Of a stretch of 34,879 nt of DNA, positions 17,385-27,095 are shown piece after piece. Position 1 is the stretch's first letter; each line of letters starts with the position of its first letter. The position numbers and the translations under genes were made by a program. This DNA comes from a virus (Duplodnaviria > Caudoviricetes): positions 1 to 34,879 of IMG/VR virus record IMGVR_UViG_3300008255_000286; one strand, written 5' to 3'. Below the pieces are notes generated by a model that saw only the letters and a list, made by a program, of their open reading frames with translations, did no database searches and was not told where the DNA came from.

Positions 17385-19118
17385 CTAGAGCTCTTCACTT
17401 TCCCAGTCAGCTTCTATTTCTTCTTGTGAATCACTTTTCTTCTTGTCGACCGTTGATTCTTCTGAAGGAACACCGTCTGTCTCGTAATATCTTGCAATGT
17501 TTTTGTTGAGAGAAATCGGAATGTGAATTCCTCCTTCGCCCGTTCGATTCTTTTCGACGACCATGTCGTAGTCTCCGTTCTTTTTCACGTTGATTATGAG
17601 CACAGTATCTGCATCCTGGTAGATAGTTGATGATGATTTTGCATCATGCATCGTGATGTTGTGCTTAGATTTTGCATCCAGTTTCTTGACGTGAGAGATG
17701 ATGAGCACCGGAACTTTCAAGTCGACTGCTAAGTCTTTTAGCACTGAAATGGCGTCGCCTGTACGCTGAAACACATCTGCATACCCTTTGACTAGTTTTT
17801 GGAGGTTATCTATGGCTACGAATTCGATGTCATACGACTTCACAGCTGCTGGTAAAAGCTCTCCCAGCTTTTTCGGGTCCATGTCTGCTTGAGCACCCGA
17901 GTAGAAGTAGAGAGGGAATTCTGAGAAAGTGTCTTTGAGTATCTCCCATTCGCTGTCATCTTTTCTGAGCTCTTCAATCTTTTTTCCAGAATGAATGCTC
18001 ATCATACGGAGAATGTAGTAGTTGATTTTTCCTTCGAGGCAGAATAGCAATACTTTCCTATCTTCACGAATCATCTGGAGCGTTGCGTTGAGCACCCATG
18101 TTGTTTTACCGACACCTGAGTCTCCCATCAAAATGATGAGGTCTTCTGCTTTGAAACCGTTCAGTACTTTGTCGAGCTTCGGGAAGTCTTCTAGTCTCAA
18201 TCCCTCGAGAGAGCCCTCTTGATCGAACCACTGGTCGATGTTGGCAACATAATCACCGACGTCAGAGATGTGTTTGATTGAAAATCTATATGCATTCTCT
18301 TTGACAAACTTTTTGAAAGTAGCAGGGTCTTGCTCTCTGAGATAATCGTTGATGTCGTTTGTAGGCAACACAACATTCTTGCACTTCGGGAATCCGACTT
18401 TTTCAGCTACTTTTCGTGCTCCCTTCTGTCCAGCTTCGTCAGAGTTGAGAACGACATAGACTTCTTTGAACTTATTGAAAATCTTCAGCCACTCTGGTTT
18501 GAATGACTGAGCACCGCCTGTGAGGCCGACTACATTTTCTACTCCCATCTGTCTAGCAGCCATGCAGTCTGTCTCAGATTCTACTATCATCAGGGCAGGT
18601 TTGTCGCAATCTAGACTGTCTGCGTTGAAGAGAACAGTGGGCTGGCCTGAGACACGTTTGAATGCTTTATCTCCAATCCAGCGACGCATTTTGAAATTCC
18701 AAAGCTGCTTCTCGAAAAAATGCGGTATGAGAATCCACTCTTCGTGCAAGCCAATTTTGAAAAATTCGAGAGTCTCATCTGTGAATCCGCGTTTTCGCAT
18801 GTATTCTTGAGCACCTTCACTCTCTTCAAATGCCTTTCTTCCTTTAAGAAAAGTCTCCATGCTCATCGGCGTGTACTTTTTACGAAGCACATCTGCTGTC
18901 GCGATGTCGTTGAGAGCGCCATACTTTGCTTTCAGCATGTAGAGATTGCCCTGCATTCCACAGACTTTGCAGTCGTACAATCCCGATTGCTTGTTGACAT
19001 AGAGTTTGTACTTGTCGTTTCCGCACCACGGGCAGAGCTTAATCGTCAGCTCAGCTGCTGTCGCACTCTGGTGCTCGATGTCGTTGTCGTTTACAAATGA
19101 TAGTCCTGTGTCTGACAT
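17385..19118 (-). CDS. Primase-helicase (T7 gp4/Twinkle-like)
   Basis: Zn finger CPWC..CKVC, TOPRIM (VESETD, NSDEAG, NDINDY), DnaB-like GDSGVGKT, AIDNLQ, QDAD and EKNR. Confidence 0.92.
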   Translation of the reverse strand: MSDTGLSFVNDNDIEHQSATAAELTIKLCPWCGNDKYKLYVNKQSGLYDCKVCGMQGNLYMLKAKYGALNDIATADVLRKKYTPMSMETFLKGRKAFEESEGAQEYMRKRGFTDETLEFFKIGLHEEWILIPHFFEKQLWNFKMRRWIGDKAFKRVSGQPTVLFNADSLDCDKPALMIVESETDCMAARQMGVENVVGLTGGAQSFKPEWLKIFNKFKEVYVVLNSDEAGQKGARKVAEKVGFPKCKNVVLPTNDINDYLREQDPATFKKFVKENAYRFSIKHISDVGDYVANIDQWFDQEGSLEGLRLEDFPKLDKVLNGFKAEDLIILMGDSGVGKTTWVLNATLQMIREDRKVLLFCLEGKINYYILRMMSIHSGKKIEELRKDDSEWEILKDTFSEFPLYFYSGAQADMDPKKLGELLPAAVKSYDIEFVAIDNLQKLVKGYADVFQRTGDAISVLKDLAVDLKVPVLIISHVKKLDAKSKHNITMHDAKSSSTIYQDADTVLIINVKKNGDYDMVVEKNRTGEGGIHIPISLNKNIARYYETDGVPSEESTVDKKKSDSQEEIEADWESEEL

Positions 19119-19119
19119 G

Positions 19120-19977
19120 TTAGTCTTCTCTGTTTAGTACGCCGCTTGATAATATCTTTCCCATAGTGTATAAATTCCATGGGAGAGGGTCTTGACCGCC
19201 ATCGACGCGGTCATCTTCATAATGTTTCTTGCAATACTTCGCTGCTTTGCGAAGGTCAGAGTCTGGAAAGTCTTTGATTGTTCTAGCTGCTCTGATGTTC
19301 TGCGAGATGAATGACTGGATGTGAGAGTCATCTTTGAATTTGATTTTTTTCAATTTTGCAAATTGTCCTATTATCCATAAATCTTTTCTACTCTCTTTGA
19401 CTCCCAACAACTTCTCTTTAACGTACTGGTCTGAGTCAAAAGCCACTGTAGAAGCCACTGTAGATTCGATATTATTATTTATAGTAGTTATATTCTTTTT
19501 AGTAGTATTACTACTATTAGTTATATCGCGACGTACGTACGCGCGAGAGTATGAGATTTTCTGTGCGACGTCGAGTTTGCTCACTCTTTTGTCGACGACT
19601 TCGAACAACTTTCCGACATCCAGAGAATACAACGTTTCTCGTTTGCCTCTATTCTGCTCTATCAGAAGAATCCCTGCTTTTTTGAATTCGCTACGCAACT
19701 CCAGCATTCTTCTGTACGGGATGAGAGTCAGCTCTTCGAGCTGTGGAACTGTGATTGACAACCACACAGACCCGTCTGCTTTCCAGACAGATTCGAATGG
19801 CAACGAATCTGGACGTTTTACTTCATATGAGTAGAGACTTAGAAATGTGCCTATGAGCATGCCGCCCTCTATTCCGAATGCTCTTGCTAGACCCCTGTGT
19901 GTGCTTACGATGTCTCCCAAACGAGCGTAATGCTCTACGAAGCTCTTGATTTCATCAAATGTCTGTTTTTCTTTCAT
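19120..19977 (-). CDS. Putative phage replication initiator (N-terminal wHTH, low-complexity linker)
   Basis: HTH-like N-terminus (W..ITVPQLEELT..ELR.EF...G.L), Asn/Thr-rich linker, immediately upstream of the primase-helicase. Confidence 0.6.
   Translation of the reverse strand: MKEKQTFDEIKSFVEHYARLGDIVSTHRGLARAFGIEGGMLIGTFLSLYSYEVKRPDSLPFESVWKADGSVWLSITVPQLEELTLIPYRRMLELRSEFKKAGILLIEQNRGKRETLYSLDVGKLFEVVDKRVSKLDVAQKISYSRAYVRRDITNSSNTTKKNITTINNNIESTVASTVAFDSDQYVKEKLLGVKESRKDLWIIGQFAKLKKIKFKDDSHIQSFISQNIRAARTIKDFPDSDLRKAAKYCKKHYEDDRVDGGQDPLPWNLYTMGKILSSGVLNRED
19440..19547. repeat. Candidate replication origin inside the initiator gene
   Basis: Tandem 12-mer AAGCCACTGTAG x2 (19440-19463), AT-rich stretch with AGTAGTATTACTACT palindrome, and imperfect palindrome TCGCGACGTACGTACGCGCGA. 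Confidence 0.45.
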
Positions 19978-19989
19978 AAAATTAACAAG

Positions 19990-20102
19990 CAACAACTGCC
20001 TGATCTGACAAACGGGCCCATCTTCCCGTTAGGAGAAAACTCCTAAGACCAAGCAGTTGTTGACTGTCAATTTTATTTGATTGTGGGATGGGATTTTTTG
20101 TC
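19990..20102 (-). ncRNA. Structured leader RNA, C4/CI-antisense-like three-way junction
   Basis: 17-bp stem (19990-20006 with 20046-20062; two G-U pairs only on the minus strand) enclosing two hairpins; upstream bipartite complementary site at 20087-20102. Confidence 0.6.
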
Positions 20103-20129
20103 TGCATACGATTTGCGGTTATGATGTGG

Positions 20130-20158
20130 ATTCTATCATACCTTGCTGACCAAGTTAA
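20130..20158 (-). promoter_or_regulatory. Putative promoter for the leader RNA and initiator
   Basis: TTAACT-N17-TAGAAT with TG extension. Confidence 0.45.
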
Positions 20159-20204
20159 CGAGTAGGACCCTGAGGACTTCTGACTACAACTGACAGCTTA
20201 GCTA

Positions 20205-20432
20205 CTAGCTGAGCTCGTTGTTCTCAAACATCTTGATGAACTTCTCTAGATTTTCTTCACGAACGTAGTATCGTTTACCAGACTTCGAGCCAGTCGTGAT
20301 TGGCTTGAAGATTTCAATGTAGTCTTTAGAGATATACTTGAGCAGCGCTTTGTATGACGTCACCCAGTAGATTCTCTTAGAAGCCCAGATTTGTCTGGCT
20401 GTCAGTAGCTTTGTTTTTTGTTCTTCGCTCAT
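20205..20432 (-). CDS. Small excisionase-like HTH protein
   Basis: LLTARQIW...ALLKYI...GKRYYV; paralogue-like to 14273..14485. Confidence 0.6.
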   Translation of the reverse strand: MSEEQKTKLLTARQIWASKRIYWVTSYKALLKYISKDYIEIFKPITTGSKSGKRYYVREENLEKFIKMFENNELS

Positions 20433-20438
20433 AGTTTG

Positions 20439-20651
20439 CTATTGTGTATTTGTAATCTTTGCAGACAATGGCGCTTTTGCTAATTCTTCGAGCTTCTTCC
20501 GAGTAGTCCTGCTTCTAGAAGCTCTATGCTTCTCGAGCCAGTTCTTAAACTCAGGGCTGTTCTTATCTTTCTTCTTTCCCTTAAGCGCTCGTAAATTCCA
20601 GCCGCGCGGACGCCTTTCGACCTTTTTGTCCTTTTCATTGCTGATAGTCAT
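20439..20651 (-). CDS. Small basic hypothetical protein
   Basis: 70-aa Lys/Arg-rich ORF. Confidence 0.5.
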   Translation of the reverse strand: MTISNEKDKKVERRPRGWNLRALKGKKKDKNSPEFKNWLEKHRASRSRTTRKKLEELAKAPLSAKITNTQ

Positions 20652-20694
20652 ACATTACCATATTTTGACAAGTATGTACAATTGTACCACATTA

Positions 20695-21343
20695 TTGCAA
20701 CAGCTTCTGTATATCACGCTTTTCATATTTTTCATGTTCCCAAATCCTTATAACGCTATATCCTTTTTCTGTCAGCTGTTTTGTTTTTTTTGATGTCATG
20801 CTTTCTCCTTTTAACATGAAAGGTTGGATAATGGATAAGACAATTATGATAATAGCAGCCATCACATTCTAGTATTATCCTTTTTTCTGGAATATAAAAG
20901 TCAACGATTGCTATCTTCTCTATGGGGTGTTGAGCTAAATACAACACACCAAGAGAATCTAATACTTTTTGTAGCTTCTTCTCAATCGACGTGTTGCTGT
21001 ATTTTTTGTTAGGATGCAAAATCTTCCATTCGCTCATCTTTTGTTTTGCGCTTTCTGAATGCTGTTTTCCGACATGAGAAAGACTCATTTTTTGTTTTGT
21101 AGCTTCTGAATGTCTCTTTCCTTTCATTCTAGAAGGCTTGCCACGTAGAATCTCACTTCTTTTCCGTCTATTTTCTTCTGACAGAGGGGCCTTTTTCTTA
21201 CCGCGCAACGCGTTGCCTATCTTTAGTCTGTGTTCTATTGAATACGGTCTCATTTTTTTACCCAACATCCCAGAAGGTTTTCCTTTGCGAGACTCGCTGA
21301 TTCTGAGTTTTGATTCTGTTGTGTGTGTTGAACCTTTCTGCAT
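20695..21343 (-). pseudogene. NUMOD3 + Vsr/DUF559-like endonuclease, frameshifted near its C-terminus
   Basis: Several NUMOD3 repeats and ECDGCYYH; the conserved KGYSVIRIWEHE lies in another frame after an A8 run (T8 at 20784-20791). Confidence 0.7.
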
Positions 21344-21351
21344 GGTGTAAA

Positions 21352-23004
21352 TTACTGAAGTAGCTTCTGAAGCATGGCTCTTGATACACTCTGCTTCTTC
21401 AACTTGTCGTTATCTCCTAATACTCTTTCAGCAGTTCTCTGCTTCTGGTGCAAAACTTTCAAAACGTACTCATCAATCGTGTTTCTAGCAATCAGTTTGT
21501 AGATTGTCACATTTCCTTTTTGTCCGATTCGATGAGCACGATCTTCTCGTTGTTGAGTCTTAGTAATGCTCCATGGCAAATCATAATGAACCACTGAAGA
21601 AGCCGACTGAAGATTCAATCCGAATGCTCCAGCATCTGTCATGACTAACACTTGGTGCTTCGGATTCTCATTGAACAACTTCTTGTTGATGTTTCTGTCG
21701 TCTTCTGTCACTCCTCCTGCAATCAGAAGCGGGTGATACTCTTTCAGCTCTTCCATGAGAATCATCGCCATCTGCTTGAACTTCGTGAAGATGATAGTTT
21801 TGTTCTCTCCAGCACAGATAATCTCAAGAAGTTCTTTCAACGCGTCTAGCTTCGATGACTTCGAACTGTCATGACTGACTAACGATAGACTGTCTGTAGC
21901 TTGTTGCAGCCGTAGCATCTTTGTCATAACGTTGCTGAGACCGCGTCGATCTTTCATTCCGAGGTCTTTCAATTCTTCAGCGATTTCATCTTTAACTGCG
22001 TTGTAGAATGCGCGTTCTTCTGGAGAGAGCTCGATGTAGATTGAATCGTACAACTTGTCTGGAAGCTGACTGAGTACTTCTTTCTTCAGTCGACGTATGA
22101 ACATCGGTCGAATAACTTCTTTCAAGATACTGAGATTCTTGTATGCTTTCACATTCTTCCAGACGTCTAGTTCGCAGTATTTGTCAAGGAATTGCCAGTA
22201 CGACCCCATCGACCCAGGGTCACAGAAGTCTAATATGCTCCAGATGTCTTGAACAGAATTATTCAACGGCGTGCCCGTCAGAGGAAAACGGAATCTTGCA
22301 TTGATTTTCTTTATGGCTATCGTTGTCTTTGCTTTCGGATTAGAAATTCTAGTTGCTTCGTCAGCAATGATTGCGTCCCACTTGATTTTCTGAATCTCAG
22401 GAAGGTCTCTCAAAAGTTGCTCATAGTTTGCAATGTAATAGTTGTGGTCTGCTTGCCACAGTTTGTCTCTGTATTTCTTCTCTCCTTTGATGATGATTGC
22501 TTTCACGTCAGGAACCCACTTGTGAAGTTCTTCTTCCCATGTACCTTTCAATGTTGCAAATGTCAGTACTAAGACTTTCTCGCATCTTAAAATGCGAGTA
22601 GCTGCGATCGATTGGATAGACTTTCCAAGTCCGGGTTCGTCACCATTCAGCGCGCTTTGTGCTGCACACATGAAGCCAGCACTGTTCTGCTGGAACGGGA
22701 AGAGCGGCAATCCGACGCTCATTATTTTTGCGAGTTCTGCTTCGCTGAATGAACCCTCTCGTAGTCGTTCAAGACGCTTTCGTTTTTTCTTCGTCTTCTC
22801 GTAGATGTTCAGCACGTCGTTGTCAAACGAAAAGCCAGCGGGGCGCAATCTGTTATACACTGTATCGATCTGTGATAGAGGCACAGTCCACGCTTTCGCA
22901 CGGTTGTCGAACTTGCGATTTCCCAGCTGCTTCACAACCTCTACGAGGTATGGGTCGTAGCTGAACGATATGACTAAGTTGTTGTTTCTTTTACTAACTT
23001 TCAT
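21352..23004 (-). CDS. SNF2-family helicase with HARP-like N-terminus
   Basis: DEPGLGKS, ADEA, LTGTP, FGLNLQ and QREDRAHRIGQ. Confidence 0.92.
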   Translation of the reverse strand: MKVSKRNNNLVISFSYDPYLVEVVKQLGNRKFDNRAKAWTVPLSQIDTVYNRLRPAGFSFDNDVLNIYEKTKKKRKRLERLREGSFSEAELAKIMSVGLPLFPFQQNSAGFMCAAQSALNGDEPGLGKSIQSIAATRILRCEKVLVLTFATLKGTWEEELHKWVPDVKAIIIKGEKKYRDKLWQADHNYYIANYEQLLRDLPEIQKIKWDAIIADEATRISNPKAKTTIAIKKINARFRFPLTGTPLNNSVQDIWSILDFCDPGSMGSYWQFLDKYCELDVWKNVKAYKNLSILKEVIRPMFIRRLKKEVLSQLPDKLYDSIYIELSPEERAFYNAVKDEIAEELKDLGMKDRRGLSNVMTKMLRLQQATDSLSLVSHDSSKSSKLDALKELLEIICAGENKTIIFTKFKQMAMILMEELKEYHPLLIAGGVTEDDRNINKKLFNENPKHQVLVMTDAGAFGLNLQSASSVVHYDLPWSITKTQQREDRAHRIGQKGNVTIYKLIARNTIDEYVLKVLHQKQRTAERVLGDNDKLKKQSVSRAMLQKLLQ

Positions 23005-23018
23005 TGTTGGTATATAAT
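22990..23018 (+). promoter_or_regulatory. Sigma70-type promoter for the terminase small subunit, leaderless
   Basis: TTTACT (22990-22995)-N17-TATAAT (23013-23018), 6 nt before the ATG at 23025. Confidence 0.65.
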
Positions 23019-23024
23019 CATTAT

Positions 23025-23477
23025 ATGTTAAAAAAGAGTAAGATTGAAGAAAAATATGTTGCTCTCGATGCGCCGCATCAGGAGTATATCCGCATCTATC
23101 ATGCCTACTTTGTTCTGCAATGGGAGATGTATGAAATTTGTGAGCATTTTCAATGCAGTCAGTCTAAGGTGTCTGTTGCGATCCGTTGGGTGATTGAGAA
23201 TAAGGGCAAATTCCCTCCAGAGTATCTTGTCGATGGTGCTATTTACGCTGTCCGCGAGCGTCTGAAGCAGAATAGACTTCTTCTCGATGACGAGCTTAAG
23301 AAGACAAAAGTCCAGGATAAGCGATTCATTATCGAGCTCAACAACCAGATTCGCTTTGACGAAGATCGATTATTTAAGCTTCAGCAAATTACTACTAGTA
23401 AGCCAGGTGAGGATGAAGCAATTCGCGCATCGGATGTGCTGAAATTGATTGCGAGTGCTCAAAAACAATCACTATAA
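23025..23477 (+). CDS. Putative terminase small subunit
   Basis: N-terminal HTH (EICEHFQCSQSKVSVAI), helical remainder, directly upstream of TerL. Confidence 0.6.
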   Translation: MLKKSKIEEKYVALDAPHQEYIRIYHAYFVLQWEMYEICEHFQCSQSKVSVAIRWVIENKGKFPPEYLVDGAIYAVRERLKQNRLLLDDELKKTKVQDKRFIIELNNQIRFDEDRLFKLQQITTSKPGEDEAIRASDVLKLIASAQKQSL

Positions 23478-23544
23478 CATATTATACTATACTATTCTAT
23501 ATTTGTACAATATTTATTGTTATAGTATATAGTATACTTGTATT

Positions 23545-26049
23545 ATGAGTGATGATCTAATTGCTCCCTTTTCGACTGAAGAAATCAAAACGATTACACG
23601 AGCGTCAGGTGACTTCGTGTATTTTGTGAATGCTATTTTTTCGAAGAGCTCTAGACATTTTATAGCTGGCGAGCACGTCGACAACACCGCTAGACTGCTG
23701 GGTTCGAATAAACGGACAATGAGAGTCTCAGCACGTAATCATTTCAAGAGCTACTCTTTCTATGCACACATCATGTGGAAGATTATGTTCGAGCTTCCGC
23801 AGAAAAACGTCGAAGCCCACTACTTCTCTTTCAGCCAGGACTTGGCTGGCTATCATGTCGGAAAAATAAAGCAAGCGGTCGCATCAAACCCGTATTTCAG
23901 ACATCTTCGAGATAGAAAACCAACTGCTGAATCAGTCATAAAATACACATGGGACGATGTCACGCATTATTCTCTGGAGCCTCACGGCCTTGTGCAGTTC
24001 AAACGAGGTATTCACTGTGATTATGTATATGTAGACGACCCGTTCCAAGACCCAGAAAATCAATTGAATCCGACAATCATTAAGAAAATCAATGAGATTT
24101 TTAAGTCGAACATTCTTGACATGCCGAATGAACCTGACGGCGAATTGCATTGTGCAGGTACGCCGCAGACAGATGAAGACTTCTATTTCAACAAAGACGT
24201 TACTCGACGATTTTCAGTACGTATTCTTCCAGCTATCTCTGATGACGGCAAAGCACTATGGCCCGAATGGATGGACCTCCCAGAACTCGAACAAAAACGA
24301 ATTGAGCGAACAGACCGCATTTTCAGACGAGAGTATCTCTGTACTCCAGTTTATTCTACTGAAGGCTTCTTCACGAGAGAGTATCTGACTAGAAAAGTAG
24401 TCAATCACGACCTCGTCCCTCATAAAGCAAGTCTCAAATACGCAAAGCAGGGGGAAGTTATCGCTGGATTCGACATCGGAAAGAAATCTCACCCTTCGCA
24501 CTTGACAGTGCTAGAGCACAGGCCGAATCAGAAGCTCGTTATGATTCACCAGAAGTGGATGGACGGCTGGTCTTACTCAAACGGAAAAGACTTCTTGGAA
24601 TTCGCTCCCACTCAGCTGGAGTATCTAAAGAAAGTAATAAACAACTTTGGCATCGATCGTCTCTATTACGACAACACACGAGGTGAATTCGAGTCATTCG
24701 ACGAGCAAGGTCTGCTTCCAAGACAGATGATTCCAATCGTGTTCAACCAAAAGTTGAAACAGACGATGGCTACTGCATTCGACAAAGTCGTTGAACGATC
24801 TCAAATAGAAATCATCAACGACGATCGTCTGCTGACTCAAATTTGTGCAGTCACAAATTCCCTAGAAGCTATTCAGTCTTCTAAGGGTCATGGTGACTGT
24901 TATGACGATCAAACAGAAGTACTGACAAGAGTAGGCTGGAAACTTTTCAAAGATGTGCTATATACTGATGAGATAGCTACGCTAAAAGAAGATCGTTTCA
25001 TTGAATATCAGAAACCCACCAACATTATCAACAAACAGTACTCTGGAAAGATGTATAAAATTGCAACAACTCAAGTTGATCTCGTTGTTACTCCGTTGCA
25101 TAAAATGTATGTTAGCGATGGATATGAAAAACCATATTTGTTGAAACAGCCACACGAGATCGAAGGGAAAATTATTTCATACAAGAAGAATGCAGAATGG
25201 CTTGGACGGGAAAAAGATGTTTTTGAATTCTATGAACATCATATCCCAATGGACATCTTTCTTGAATTTATTGGATACTATGTATCAGAAGGATTCACTT
25301 TGAAAGGAAAGTATATCTGTATTTCACAAAAGCAGGGAGCGAAAGCAGATCGAATGTTTTCTTCATTACGACAGTTGCCTTTCAACGTCAAACAAGCACA
25401 CAAAAATAATTATGATGGCAGCACATATTTCTTTTCTGCAAAATTATCTAGATGGTGCGATGAAAATCTTGGGCATGGGTCATCGAATAAAAAACTGCCA
25501 GAGTGGGTATTTGCGCTGTCAAGCAGACAATTGACTATTCTGCACGATGCATTAGTGTTAGGTGACGGCTCTAGAAAACAGTTAAAGAATGGTCAAACGC
25601 AGACGAGCTATAGCACAACTTCAAAATTGTTAGCAGACCAAGTCCAACGCTTGTGTTTTTTAAGAGGGCTCAGTGCGAATGTATATTGGTCTGATGACAA
25701 TATCGGTAGACCCGCACCAAATGGATTTGGGCGACATCGAACATACGCGATAATGACTATTGCTCAGAAAAATAGACCCGCTGTCAACAAAAAACGAAAA
25801 TCAGATTACTGGATAGATTACTCGGGTTCTATTCATTGTGTCACCGTGCCCAATCATATCATCTATGTCAGAAGAAATGGAAAACCCGTTTGGAGTGGGA
25901 ATTCGTTCTGGTCTGTGTGTCTTGCACTGTTGGGCATTGCAGAACTTACGAACTACGTGGAAGAGGGGACTGCGACTAATCGAAAGAGAATACGAGCAGG
26001 CGGAAAATCTATTTTTTCGGATGATTCTCCAATTCCGTCCGGATATTAA
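23545..26049 (+). CDS. terL: Terminase large subunit (intein-containing)
   Basis: Walker A variant ARNHFKS, RGIHCDYVYVDDP, AGTP, LWPE, FRREY, AGFDIG and HGD|SFWS. Confidence 0.88.
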   Translation: MSDDLIAPFSTEEIKTITRASGDFVYFVNAIFSKSSRHFIAGEHVDNTARLLGSNKRTMRVSARNHFKSYSFYAHIMWKIMFELPQKNVEAHYFSFSQDLAGYHVGKIKQAVASNPYFRHLRDRKPTAESVIKYTWDDVTHYSLEPHGLVQFKRGIHCDYVYVDDPFQDPENQLNPTIIKKINEIFKSNILDMPNEPDGELHCAGTPQTDEDFYFNKDVTRRFSVRILPAISDDGKALWPEWMDLPELEQKRIERTDRIFRREYLCTPVYSTEGFFTREYLTRKVVNHDLVPHKASLKYAKQGEVIAGFDIGKKSHPSHLTVLEHRPNQKLVMIHQKWMDGWSYSNGKDFLEFAPTQLEYLKKVINNFGIDRLYYDNTRGEFESFDEQGLLPRQMIPIVFNQKLKQTMATAFDKVVERSQIEIINDDRLLTQICAVTNSLEAIQSSKGHGDCYDDQTEVLTRVGWKLFKDVLYTDEIATLKEDRFIEYQKPTNIINKQYSGKMYKIATTQVDLVVTPLHKMYVSDGYEKPYLLKQPHEIEGKIISYKKNAEWLGREKDVFEFYEHHIPMDIFLEFIGYYVSEGFTLKGKYICISQKQGAKADRMFSSLRQLPFNVKQAHKNNYDGSTYFFSAKLSRWCDENLGHGSSNKKLPEWVFALSSRQLTILHDALVLGDGSRKQLKNGQTQTSYSTTSKLLADQVQRLCFLRGLSANVYWSDDNIGRPAPNGFGRHRTYAIMTIAQKNRPAVNKKRKSDYWIDYSGSIHCVTVPNHIIYVRRNGKPVWSGNSFWSVCLALLGIAELTNYVEEGTATNRKRIRAGGKSIFSDDSPIPSGY
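24898..25902 (+). mobile_element. Intein (335 aa) with LAGLIDADG endonuclease in the TerL nuclease domain
   Basis: CYDDQTEVLT..GW, VTPLHKM, GYYVSEG, LVLGDG, HCVTVPNH..WSGN|S. Confidence 0.9.
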
Positions 26050-26273
26050 CTTCCTCAAATGTGACTATCATCGTCTCTGCTATTTTTGTAGAGACTTTGT
26101 CAGCTGTTAGTTTGCTGACATCTTCGACAGTCAACTTTTCAAGAATAGCTTTCTTGTGTTTTTCTAAAAACTCTTTAGCTATTTCCTTTGCGACAATGCT
26201 GATGACATCACCTTATCGAATGCTTACGAGAGTTATGACTTTCTTGAATTTCTTTTGTTCTTTATTCATATGA

Positions 26274-27089
26274 TTAGAATGCGAAAATGCTTAGGAATGC
26301 TTTCCAAAACTTGATGAGTAAATTTGAGTGTTCAACTGCAGTCTGTTCTGGCTGCGTCTCGACCACTGATAGTTGTTCAGTCTGAACCTCTACGATAGGT
26401 TCAGCTACACGCTCTTCGGATACGATGGTAGTTTCCATTACTGGTTTCGAGGGTGTGATTGTTTTCGGAGCTTCGATGGCAGAATTCTGTATTTGTAAGG
26501 GTTGTTGTGTTTCAACGAAAGTTTCTTCAGGTTGCGGGACAAGAGCTTCTGACTGCACACTCGCCGGGTCTACGACAAGTGCCGGAGGCGGGTTTGGAGC
26601 AGGAACAGTTAATACTACTGGAGTCGTTGAAGCAGGCGGAGTTTCGACAACGACAGTAGACTCGACAACTACTGGAGCTTCGCCTGTCGGTTGAGCATCA
26701 TCATATGTGATGCTACAAATTTTTATCTCTCCCCACGTGATTACTCCAGAACAATCTCCACTGAGAGTTCCAGTGTACGCATTGTACTGATCGAGATTAG
26801 GCGGTGTTCGTCCGACAAACGGAATTGCTCTGACTTGATACTCACCGATTGTTTCTAATTCATAAATAGCATCACCCTGTGCACTAGCACCGGATAGACC
26901 CCCAGCATAATCTATATTCGAGAATAGATCGCTTGCTGAAAGCACACCGACACCATTATTGATTACACTTATTGAAACCTGCACTCGGGGGCATGTTTGC
27001 TCGCATGTGGCAGCATATACATTAGCATAAGTTACAAAAGATGCTGCTGCGATGAATACTGAAAGCAAAACTTTCTTGTCTTTACTCAT
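26274..27089 (-). CDS. Secreted/surface protein with a small beta-sandwich domain and Pro/Val/Glu-rich stalk
   Basis: Signal peptide MSKDKKVLLSVFIAAASFVTYANVYA, SGDCSGVITWGEIKICSITYDD motif, amphipathic C-tail LLIKFWKAFLSIFAF. Confidence 0.7.
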   Translation of the reverse strand: MSKDKKVLLSVFIAAASFVTYANVYAATCEQTCPRVQVSISVINNGVGVLSASDLFSNIDYAGGLSGASAQGDAIYELETIGEYQVRAIPFVGRTPPNLDQYNAYTGTLSGDCSGVITWGEIKICSITYDDAQPTGEAPVVVESTVVVETPPASTTPVVLTVPAPNPPPALVVDPASVQSEALVPQPEETFVETQQPLQIQNSAIEAPKTITPSKPVMETTIVSEERVAEPIVEVQTEQLSVVETQPEQTAVEHSNLLIKFWKAFLSIFAF

Positions 27090-27095
27090 ATTTAT

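Noticed and set aside
20695-20720. DIQKLLQ-stop resembling the SNF2 C-terminus as a target-site duplication
   Set aside because: Nucleotide identity is limited, and other Vsr-like proteins here end similarly (DIQKCI, DIDNVI).
16-22964. Numerous short plus-strand ORFs in the track
   Set aside because: They are antisense shadows of well-supported minus-strand genes.
26046-26269. Minus-strand reading MNKEQKK...IR*GDVISIVAKE with an internal TAA
   Set aside because: Possibly a small pseudogene, but no recognisable family supports it.
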